Shown here one piece after another: positions 1 through 6,111 of a stretch of DNA of 6,111 nt. The notes beneath the pieces were generated by a model. The model was not told where the DNA came from, did not search any database, and was given only the letters and a program-made list of their open reading frames with translations. The stretch comes from a virus (Duplodnaviria > Heunggongvirae > Uroviricota > Caudoviricetes). Each line of letters begins with the position of its first letter. The first letter of the stretch is position 1. The translations under genes were made by a program, and so were the position numbers. Location: IMG/VR virus record IMGVR_UViG_2609459846_000008; one strand, written 5' to 3'.

Positions 1-275
1 AACCGCTCCGGCTTCTTCCAGTGGTAAGTAATTTTTTCTTTCTCCTGGTACATCTCCACGCGGCGACGATATGACAACAACTCCAGAACTCTGGTGCGTA
101 TATTGCGTATATCCACGCCGTTAAGCTCGATACCGTCACGGCGCATCACCTCAGCCACCACACGCGCGTAATTTTCGGCTATCACGCTGTCCGGCTGCGT
201 GGCCTCCTGTTTGCCTGCTTCCTGGCTGATTCCGGTAACGCGACGGATTATTTTTAGTAGTTCGGTTTCGCTCAT
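1..275 (-). CDS. Hypothetical protein, N-terminal 91 codons only; gene continues beyond the window start
   Basis: ATG at 275..273 lies 5 nt after the large-terminase stop (283..281). The frame stays open for 91 codons to position 3 (MSETELLKIIRRVTGISQEAGKQEATQPDSVIAENYARVVAEVMRRDGIELNGVDIRNIRTRVLELLSYRRRVEMYQEKEKITYHWKKPER...). It is absent from the ORF track only because no stop falls inside the window. I recognise no family. Confidence 0.45.
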   Translation of the reverse strand, partial: MSETELLKIIRRVTGISQEAGKQEATQPDSVIAENYARVVAEVMRRDGIELNGVDIRNIRTRVLELLSYRRRVEMYQEKEKITYHWKKPER

Positions 276-280
276 TCTCG

Positions 281-1942
281 TCATACCCCATCAAACGCCG
301 CAAGCCGCTCTTTGTGGCTGTCGCTCATATCAAATGCAAATTCCTCATGTTCTGCCTGGAATGTGCCAAACGCCATCAGAGCCGCAACGCTCGGGTCTAT
401 CTTGTTGGATGATTTTTTCTTGTTCGGCTTGATATTGGCGTTCGCGTCACTCTGCATCACAACATTACTCATTGACCAGGCCAGCACCGGATCGCCACGA
501 TGCACAATCACCTTCCGGTTAACAAAAACTTCGAACGATTTCGCCGCCGGACTGAAACGAAGGTATGTTTGCGGGAACGGCTCCACCTCAAATCCTGCCC
601 CCTGTAGCTGCGTCCTCAGGTGCGTGGCGTTCCATGTATCGAAGCCCACCAGCCTGATATTGAAATTCTCTGCATCCGCCATGATGTCATCACGGATACG
701 GTCATAATCAATGCAGTCACCCGGTGTTGTGCGTATCCAGCCCACCTTTACCCACTGGCGATAGATGGCGCGGTTTTTATTGGCGGGGGTCTGTAGCTGA
801 AATTCAGGCAGATAGTGACGGGAAACCAGCATAATCTTTTTACCGACCGGAAAGGCATAGCACACGCTGGAAATATCGCTGGTTGATGATAAGTCCAGCC
901 CCGCGTAGCACTCCTGCCCGTATAAATCCGCCTCCGCGAACGTTCCGGCGCACTCCGCCCATGCACCGTTACCCATCCACGGCGTAGCCCCCTGACACCA
1001 GATATTGAATCGCTTGGTGAGCATTTCCACCCACTGCGACGGAATACCCCGCGCTTTCTGGATGGTTGAGGCCAGTTTTTCACGATCGACGGAAACATCG
1101 ATATTGGGATTCGCCTTTATCCACATCGCCGGATCGTCAACCTCGCTTTCATCATCCAGCTCGTAAATCAGCACGAACATGGATTCGTTCACCTCTTCAC
1201 CATCCAGTATCTGGCAGCAATAGTCATAGTGTTGTTTACAGGCTGAAACAACGTTGCTCCCCGATGTGGTGATGGCAAATAACAGCCCCTCCGGACGCGC
1301 CCCCATTCCCAGTTCAAGCGCGGAATAAACCCCGTTGTCAGGGTGCAGGTGATATTCATCCACAATGGCAAGACTCGGGTTTGTACCTTCAATGGTTGCC
1401 GCTTTTGCTGCCAGTGGCTTTAACAGGCTGTTGGTTTTCGGGTGTATCACCTTGTGTGCCTGAATATTTACCCGCTTTCGTAACGGTCGGGATAAAAGGC
1501 ACATCTGACGCGCATCATCAAACACGATCCGCGCCTGATCACGACTCACGGCGGCGGTGTAAATATCCTGCTGCCCGTTTTCCATAACCAGAAACCAGTT
1601 AGCCAGGATAGCGGCGACCGTGGATTTGGCATTTTTTCGCGGCACTTCAATGAATGCGCTGGTGTATTTGCGCCGTCCGGTGGCCTTAACCTTAAAGCCC
1701 AGGATGCACGCAAAGGCGAACTGCTGCCACGGCTCCAGCTCAATGGGGCTACCGCGCATTGCGCCTTTTACGTGCGGACACACCCTGGAAAAGGCAATAA
1801 ACCGCTCCACGACCTCCGGATCGAACGTGTAAAGGGGGTTTTCAAGGTCAGAAAAATACCGTTTAACGGCCTGTTTCAGTCGTTTACAGGCCGTAATTTT
1901 GCTGTTTTTTACGCCTTCTGCGTACTCATGCCAGGCGGTCAA
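281..1942 (-). CDS. terL: Phage terminase large subunit (Terminase_1-like ATPase/nuclease)
   Basis: 553-aa ORF with a P-loop-like motif (FIEVPRKNAKST), a Walker-B-like LAIVDEYH and a long C-terminal nuclease-sized region; overall resemblance to large terminases of HK97/lambda-like phages. The start codon at 1942 is TTG (plus strand reads caa), preceded by AGAGGA 5 nt upstream. It overlaps the small-terminase stop by 17 nt. Confidence 0.88.
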   Translation of the reverse strand: MTAWHEYAEGVKNSKITACKRLKQAVKRYFSDLENPLYTFDPEVVERFIAFSRVCPHVKGAMRGSPIELEPWQQFAFACILGFKVKATGRRKYTSAFIEVPRKNAKSTVAAILANWFLVMENGQQDIYTAAVSRDQARIVFDDARQMCLLSRPLRKRVNIQAHKVIHPKTNSLLKPLAAKAATIEGTNPSLAIVDEYHLHPDNGVYSALELGMGARPEGLLFAITTSGSNVVSACKQHYDYCCQILDGEEVNESMFVLIYELDDESEVDDPAMWIKANPNIDVSVDREKLASTIQKARGIPSQWVEMLTKRFNIWCQGATPWMGNGAWAECAGTFAEADLYGQECYAGLDLSSTSDISSVCYAFPVGKKIMLVSRHYLPEFQLQTPANKNRAIYRQWVKVGWIRTTPGDCIDYDRIRDDIMADAENFNIRLVGFDTWNATHLRTQLQGAGFEVEPFPQTYLRFSPAAKSFEVFVNRKVIVHRGDPVLAWSMSNVVMQSDANANIKPNKKKSSNKIDPSVAALMAFGTFQAEHEEFAFDMSDSHKERLAAFDGV

Positions 1943-2282
1943 GCTCGTCCTCTTCCTCTGTTTCCGGTGGATTTCTGCGGCGACTTACCGGGTCAAAACC
2001 CAGCAAAGAAGCCATTTTGATCATTATTCTTTCAGCGTCAGCCTTTGCGCTCAGGGCGGGGTTTCTGCTCTCGCTGCCCTGACTGTTAACAATGCTGAAC
2101 CCGCGCGTGGCAAGGTCTTCGACGGCTTTGCGGTATATGGAGTAGTTAACGCAATACAGCTCCAGATTGCTCCAGTCGGCGGGGGTAAGGTCTTCCCGTC
2201 CGGAAAGCTGGCGCGATTTTTCCTTCCACTGCCTGACCGCGATTTCATCCAGGTAAGCGGGGGCTTTTGGTGGTCTTGCCAT
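1926..2282 (-). CDS. terS: Phage terminase small subunit, P27 family
   Basis: Translation from the internal ATG at 2282 begins MARPPKAPAYLDE... and carries the P27-family core (LTPADWSNLELYCVNYSIYRKAVEDL ... NPALSAKADAERIMIKMASLLGFDP). The ORF-track start at 2423 adds 47 residues that do not resemble TerS, so 2282 is preferred. This is shorter than a typical P27 TerS. Confidence 0.75.
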   Translation of the reverse strand: MARPPKAPAYLDEIAVRQWKEKSRQLSGREDLTPADWSNLELYCVNYSIYRKAVEDLATRGFSIVNSQGSESRNPALSAKADAERIMIKMASLLGFDPVSRRRNPPETEEEDELDRLA

Positions 2283-2570
2283 GTTCTTTTTTCGCCCAAT
2301 TATTTTCAAAAAAATTCCCGTGCACAAAAATTTGAGGAGGCGGTCGGTGTCCGGCAGGGACGGTTTCGTCCTGAAAACCACCCCCACCCCCTCTGACGGC
2401 CTCACCAGCGATTGCGAAAACATTCCATGACCTCGCGGTCACGGTCGGTTAATTGCTTCGCTGTGGTGCGTTCTGTGCGCCCTGTCCTGTTGGCTTTGTG
2501 CCCTGTCTCCTGTGTCTTCCATAAGTCACGCTGCCTTATCAGTCCACGTATCAGCCTGGTTTGCTCCTGT
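2283..2570. promoter_or_regulatory. HNH-TerS intergenic region; candidate cos / terminase-recognition region with possible promoter
   Basis: About 290 bp between the HNH stop and the preferred TerS start. Contains CTGT-rich imperfect direct repeats (2461..2516), a G-tract on the minus strand (plus ccacccccacccc, 2379..2391), a small hairpin (ggacg-gttt-cgtcc, 2358..2371) and an AT-rich block (2286..2335). On the minus strand that block holds a possible sigma70-like pair: -35 TTGTGC (2327..2322), 17-bp spacer, -10 AATAAT (2304..2299). In HK97-like phages cos lies between the HNH and terS genes. Confidence 0.3.
2461..2516. repeat. Imperfect direct repeats built on a CTGT core
   Basis: CTGT occurs six times in 53 bp. 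Two about 17-bp copies, tgtgcgccctgtcctgt (2474..2490) and tgtgccctgtctcctgt (2497..2513), sit 23 bp apart. Confidence 0.4.
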
Positions 2571-3011
2571 TCAGTCATCATCGCCATACATCCAGTCGTT
2601 ACGGTGTGCTGCCCGTTCTTCCTGCTCGCGATACATGCCCGCCTTACGGTTCGCTTTCGTGGCTGGATCTTCCCGTGTCGTCTTACGGTTGTGGCACGTC
2701 TGGCACAATGCCTGGTGGTTCCACTCAGGCCAGAAGAGAACATCACCGCCGCCATTGATGGGGATGATGTGATCCACCACAAGAGCTGGCGTATAAATCC
2801 CCTTAGCCAGACAACGCACGCATAACGGGTTTTTGCTCAGGTACAGGGCGCGGTATTTGTCCCACTGTCGGGAATACCCGCGCGCGCGGCGGTGTCCCCG
2901 TCTGGCATCCTCTGCACGCCATACAGCCCGTCTGTGCTCTTCACACTTGCCGGACTTCACGCGCTTATTACAGCCCGGCTCAGTGCATCGCCTTAATGGT
3001 TGCCACGGCAT
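2571..3011 (-). CDS. Phage-associated HNH endonuclease
   Basis: 146-aa ORF with ATG at 3011..3009. Cys-rich N-terminus (CTEPGCNKRVKSGKCEEH) and a canonical HNH core (VVDHIIPINGGG ... NHQALCQTCHNRKT). Its start overlaps the upstream connector-gene stop (TGATG). Confidence 0.88.
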   Translation of the reverse strand: MPWQPLRRCTEPGCNKRVKSGKCEEHRRAVWRAEDARRGHRRARGYSRQWDKYRALYLSKNPLCVRCLAKGIYTPALVVDHIIPINGGGDVLFWPEWNHQALCQTCHNRKTTREDPATKANRKAGMYREQEERAAHRNDWMYGDDD

Positions 3012-3313
3012 CAGTACACCCCCACATCACGATAAACCGACCAGAGCGCAGAAATAGCCATAGGCAGTTCAGACTGCTCCACTGGTGAAACTGCTTCCCT
3101 GTTCTCGTACAGGAAAGCGATGTACATCAGGCAACCAACACGCATTGCCGGGGTAAATTCCAGCCCGTCTTCAAAACGTTTCCCGATATGCTTCTGGCAG
3201 GCTTCCAGCGCCGCATCGGTATACATTTTCAGAAGTTCGCCTTCACCGGATAAATCATCATCAAGTCGAAGATGTGCCCTGACTTCATCAGGTGTAATTC
3301 TGGCTTCACTCAT
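3011..3313 (-). CDS. gp6-like head-tail connector protein
   Basis: Translation from the ATG at 3313 (MSEARITPDEVRAHLRLDDD...FLYENREA..., about 100 aa) matches the size and the characteristic N-terminal E-x-x-R-A-H-L-R-L-D motif of HK97 gp6-like connector proteins. GGGAG Shine-Dalgarno 6-7 nt upstream. The ORF-track start at 3376 is GTG and adds 21 residues with no support. Overlaps the portal stop by 8 nt. Confidence 0.7.
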   Translation of the reverse strand: MSEARITPDEVRAHLRLDDDLSGEGELLKMYTDAALEACQKHIGKRFEDGLEFTPAMRVGCLMYIAFLYENREAVSPVEQSELPMAISALWSVYRDVGVY

Positions 3314-4520
3314 CTTTTCTCCCTTTAATTTCCACAGTCTGTTTCCATGCCTGGCTGAACTCATCACCACCTTCACGCGGCGGCATACCCTCGCGTTCGC
3401 GAGCTTCGTTCGGATTCATGATCCCGCTCTTAATCCCTTTCTCATACGTGGCATAACGTTCGGTGGGTGTGGCGCGCAGTAAATCGGCTGAATCAAACTC
3501 AACCAGATAACGGGTACCAGGTACGGGAGAAGTCACCAGCAAAGCGGCCTTGATTTGCTGTTCGAAGTTCGCCAGCCACGGGCGCATTGTCATGGTCAGA
3601 AATGCGCGGCTCGCCTCACTGAAATTGCTGTAGGTGCTGTTGCTGTATTCCTGAAGAAAAATCGGCGACACGTTGAACATCCTGGCGATGTCTTCAATGG
3701 AGAAGCGACGGGAGGCCAGCCATTCCGCATCCTGGTTACTCATCCCCAGCTGCCTGTAATCCATGCCCCCTTCAAGGATTGGCGTTTTTCCGGCATTTTT
3801 CGCCCCCTTGTAGCGTTCCAGTGCGTCTAATGCCTGTTTACCTTTCACGCCGTCCAGCCATTCACCTGACGTGATAATCCCTGCCGCCATCATGCCATCT
3901 TTCATAATGCTGGCTCCGTGACGCTGTTGAGCAAGGCCAAGCCCCAGCGCCTCACGGCAAATCGTGACGGGGGAACGCCCCAGAAAGCCATCATCCGAGG
4001 CATAGCGGAGATGCAGAACTTCTTCCTGTAAATACGTGCGCACCGTTCCTGTACAGGGTTCGGTGATGGTATAGCGGTATTTGTGTGTGCCTGTGCGTTC
4101 CGGTACAACACACCCCGGCGCATAAGGATGAAGTGATTTTGGCTGCCCGTCCCGCCCCCACTCAATAACCGCATAGGCGTTACCGTTCAGCAGGCAGTGA
4201 CGCATCATTGTGCGTTTAAACTGGTAAGGTGTCAGGCACGAATTAGGCTGCTCATTCAGCAGAATATCTACCGGGTGACTGTCCAGCCATTCCCGCGCCT
4301 CTCTGCCCTTATCATTGCGTACCAGATACAGGTAACACGGCATCGTGGCCACCGCCTCAGCGATGACAGAAACCGCGTTCATCACAGCAGGCAATGATTC
4401 AGCCGTCCCGGCAGAAACATATTCTCCGGATCCGGTATTTGGTACACCAGACAACGCCAGAAAATCATCAATGGACAGGTTACGCAGATCGCTTTTTTTA
4501 CGACTAAAAGGCCACCACAT
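3306..4520 (-). CDS. Phage portal protein, HK97 family
   Basis: About 404 aa from the ATG at 4520 (MWWPFSRK...). Carries portal hallmarks: LLNGNAYA, VLHLRYASDDGFLGRSPV, RRFSIEDIARMFNVSPIFL, RPWLANFEQ. The ORF-track start at 4610 is TTG and overlaps the protease C-terminus out of frame. Protease stop and portal start are arranged TGA-T-ATG. Confidence 0.9.
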   Translation of the reverse strand: MWWPFSRKKSDLRNLSIDDFLALSGVPNTGSGEYVSAGTAESLPAVMNAVSVIAEAVATMPCYLYLVRNDKGREAREWLDSHPVDILLNEQPNSCLTPYQFKRTMMRHCLLNGNAYAVIEWGRDGQPKSLHPYAPGCVVPERTGTHKYRYTITEPCTGTVRTYLQEEVLHLRYASDDGFLGRSPVTICREALGLGLAQQRHGASIMKDGMMAAGIITSGEWLDGVKGKQALDALERYKGAKNAGKTPILEGGMDYRQLGMSNQDAEWLASRRFSIEDIARMFNVSPIFLQEYSNSTYSNFSEASRAFLTMTMRPWLANFEQQIKAALLVTSPVPGTRYLVEFDSADLLRATPTERYATYEKGIKSGIMNPNEAREREGMPPREGGDEFSQAWKQTVEIKGRKDE

Positions 4521-4521
4521 A

Positions 4522-5082
4522 TCACAACCCCGCCAGTTCAGCCCAGCGATGACGATTATTTCCTGCCGGGCGTAATTCAGGGTACTGTGCAAACAACGAA
4601 CGGTGGGCAATCTCCACGCCGGATTCGGGATAAGCAGGCATCGATGTTATCGTGATTTCACGGAGTTCTGCTGCGGTTACAGTACGCAGATACGGTTTTT
4701 GCGCGATATTCCACTCCTCGCATAATGCGCGAAAGCCAAAGCTCATTCCTGTAATATCGCCACGTTCCACCAGCGTAAGCACATCTTTTCCAAGCTGGGT
4801 ATTTGGCGGTGTCAGTTCAAAACGTAGCCCGGTGTTATCCTCAGTCAGTACCAGTGAGCCGGATTTGGTACGCCCCAGCAGTCGGGTATAGTCATGCTCA
4901 TACAGACAGCGCACATCATTACCTGCCGCCAGATAGTCAGCAAAAGCCCCCGGCGTGAACTGTTCGCGAAACTCGTCCCAGATAATTTCTGAAAGGCTGT
5001 TCCAGCGAACGGCATAACCCACCAGTTTTTTATCGCTGGCGGTCAGTTCAGATGTACGGATTTCAAAATCGGTGTTTTTCAT
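4522..5082 (-). CDS. Prohead (head maturation) protease, HK97 family
   Basis: 186 aa from the ATG at 5082 with GGAG 8 nt upstream. Matches the HK97 protease pattern: FEIRT ... VGYAVRWN ... FTPGAF ... DVRCLYEHD ... LLGRT ... GLRFEL ... VERGDITGMSFGF ... AYPESGVEIAHRS. The ORF-track start at 5307 is TTG inside the upstream capsid gene. Confidence 0.85.
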   Translation of the reverse strand: MKNTDFEIRTSELTASDKKLVGYAVRWNSLSEIIWDEFREQFTPGAFADYLAAGNDVRCLYEHDYTRLLGRTKSGSLVLTEDNTGLRFELTPPNTQLGKDVLTLVERGDITGMSFGFRALCEEWNIAQKPYLRTVTAAELREITITSMPAYPESGVEIAHRSLFAQYPELRPAGNNRHRWAELAGL

Positions 5083-5102
5083 CGGTGTACTCCATAAAGC
5101 TG

Positions 5103-5123
5103 AAAAAGGAGGCCGAAGCCCCC
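5103..5123 (-). terminator. Rho-independent terminator candidate between capsid and protease genes
   Basis: Minus-strand RNA reads GGGGGC-UUCG-GCCUCC followed by UUUUU: a 6-bp GC-rich stem (one G-U pair), a UUCG tetraloop and a U5 tract. It starts 8 nt after the capsid stop (5134..5132) and sits about 20 nt before the protease start. Confidence 0.5.
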
Positions 5124-5131
5124 TTTGCTCA

Positions 5132-5747
5132 TTACTTGCCAGCCTGAATTTCCAGAATCTTGATGGCGTTCGAATCCACCACACCACCGCCCAGATATTT
5201 CTGGGTATAGATGTTAATGAATCCAGGCTCGCTGAAATCCGGACGGGTACGCGTACCGGTTTTATGGTCAACGATGAAATAACCGCGCTTAAAGTCACCG
5301 ACTGCAATCACACCGTCCGGCATAAATTCCAGATATTCAACCGGAAGCCCCAGCAGAGAATCAGGATCACCAGCCTGTAAACGATCGCGCCAGATGTAAT
5401 CACCAGTGGCATTTTTCAGTTTTTGTGCGGAGGCGGCTGTATTTGAGTTCATCACCCATACAGCTTTTTTGCGGTACTTATTGCGCAGCGTAAATTTCAG
5501 GTCAATCAGCATATCGGCGCTGAGACTGCCAGTCACTTTTTTCGTCTGGAGCGTACCGAAAGGACGGGTTTTGTCATTATCCGTAGTGCGCGGGAAAGTC
5601 AGGAAACCTTTGGCTTTTTTCTCGCCATCACCGGAAACCAGATCCGTTTCTTCGGTATCAACGAAAGTGTCGCCAATTTCAGAAGATAACCAGCCCATAA
5701 TATCGACTTCGGAAAAATCGATAATTTCCTGAGTGGTTTTCGGGTAA
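5132..5747 (-). pseudogene. Major capsid protein (HK97 family), C-terminal roughly 200 aa; 5' end removed by IS insertion
   Basis: The frame is open from 5761 down to the stop at 5134..5132. Motifs align to the C-terminal half of the HK97 capsid protein: LVSGDGEKKAKGF (compare LLNGDGTGDNLEGL), LLGLPVEYLEFMP (compare MWGLPVVPT), AVGDFKRGYFIVDHKTG. The upstream end runs into non-coding, repeat-rich IS terminal sequence, and a full-length capsid protein would be about 350-400 aa. The 5' boundary is approximate. Confidence 0.7.
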
Positions 5748-6111
5748 GTGCGTATTCCGCTCTATTCGATCACGGATTGGCATCGAAGTCCGATCAGCGA
5801 TTCGCATCCATTCGATCAACCGGGAACTTAACTTTTTCTACCGCTTTTTAACGCGTTTTTTCGCTGCTTTCCACTACCGGGGGATTTTTCCTCAGTGACT
5901 CTCCCTGAAGGACCACCCGGTGTGAGTTATGTACCAGTCTGTCCAGGATGGCATCTGCTGTTGTTGGGTTCTCCATCAGACCATGCCATTTATCTACCGG
6001 GAACTGACTTACCACTATCGTGCTGCTTTGTCCGTAACGATCCTCTATGAGCTCCAGAAGGTCATTACACTGGGCGTTACTTAACTGTTCCAGCCCCAGA
6101 TCGTCCAGGAT
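5748..6111 (-). mobile_element. IS21-family insertion sequence, terminal part (continues beyond window end)
   Basis: 3' end of an istB-like gene followed by about 100 bp of non-coding sequence with short iterated motifs: attcgatca (5764..5772 and 5810..5818), cgatca (x3), gatt[g/c]gcatc (5775..5785 and 5799..5809). Multiple terminal repeats are typical of IS21-family ends. The capsid frame is cut off here. The boundary is approximate (about 5730-5765), and the tg at 5748-5749 would fit the family's TG...CA ends. Confidence 0.6.
5848..6111 (-). CDS. istB: IstB-like transposition helper ATPase (IS21 family), C-terminal 87 codons
   Basis: Minus-strand translation from the window edge: ILDDLGLEQLSNAQCNDLLELIEDRYGQSSTIVVSQFPVDKWHGLMENPTTADAILDRLVHNSHRVVLQGESLRKNPPVVESSEKTR, stop at 5850..5848. 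Walker-B-like ILDDLG and the ILDRLVHNSH...GESLRK tail are characteristic of IstB/DnaC-type AAA+ proteins. Missing from the ORF track because the start lies outside the window. Confidence 0.75.
   Translation of the reverse strand: MLDDLGLEQLSNAQCNDLLELIEDRYGQSSTIVVSQFPVDKWHGLMENPTTADAILDRLVHNSHRVVLQGESLRKNPPVVESSEKTR

Noticed and set aside
312-707. Plus-strand ORFs throughout the window (for example 199..432, 312..707, 1899..2396, 2412..2825, 3120..3482, 5406..5732)
   Set aside because: All lie antisense to, and fully inside, well-supported minus-strand genes. Translations are low-complexity with no recognisable motifs. Treated as shadow ORFs.
1926-2442. Other minus-strand ORFs overlapping the small-terminase gene in alternative frames (2051..2299, 2245..2442)
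   Set aside because: They overlap a gene with clear family-level motifs. Translations are Gly/Pro/Arg-rich without recognisable features. Likely frame artefacts in GC-rich sequence.
2461-2516. CTGT-core repeats considered as a possible CRISPR or other tandem-repeat array
   Set aside because: Units are short (about 17 bp), imperfect, only two to three copies, and lack the regular repeat-spacer structure. Better explained as protein-binding direct repeats.
2402-2578. Small minus-strand ORF (about 58 codons, MTEQEQTRLIRGLIRQRDLWKTQETGHKANRTGRTERTT...) between the HNH and TerS genes; the ORF track extends it to 2782 inside HNH in another frame
   Set aside because: Low-complexity T/R/Q-rich translation that mirrors the CTGT DNA repeats, with no recognisable domain. 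More likely a non-coding packaging or regulatory region. Not excluded, but under 0.2 as a gene.
4521-4610. N-terminal extensions implied by ORF-track starts for the portal (4610, TTG), protease (5307, TTG) and connector (3376, GTG)
   Set aside because: Each extension overlaps the upstream gene in another frame. Internal ATGs with Shine-Dalgarno sequences and stop-start coupling give products of canonical length and N-terminus.
5848-6111. Possibility that the IstB-like fragment is a phage DnaC-type helicase loader belonging to the same prophage
   Set aside because: The gene is followed by about 100 bp of iterated short motifs typical of IS21-family ends, and the capsid frame is cut abruptly at that point. 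An IS insertion explains both; a replication gene would not.

Overview
Read by eye from the translations and sequence; no database or profile search was run. Almost the whole window is one tightly packed minus-strand operon of tailed-phage head-morphogenesis and DNA-packaging genes of the HK97 type. In transcription order (high to low coordinate) it reads: 5'-truncated major capsid protein fragment, intrinsic terminator, prohead protease, portal, gp6-like head-tail connector, HNH endonuclease, a repeat-rich non-coding gap, P27-family small terminase, large terminase, then the start of an unidentified gene that runs off the left edge. The right edge (about 5748-6111) is the terminal part of an IS21-family insertion sequence (3' end of an istB-like gene plus a repeat-rich terminus) that interrupts the capsid gene, so the element is probably defective. 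The gene order is not the canonical TerS-TerL-portal-protease-capsid-connector arrangement, which is the most notable feature. No rRNA, tRNA, CRISPR array or recognisable defence system was seen. The ORF track uses TTG/GTG as well as ATG starts, so several gene starts were re-placed at internal ATGs with Shine-Dalgarno support.
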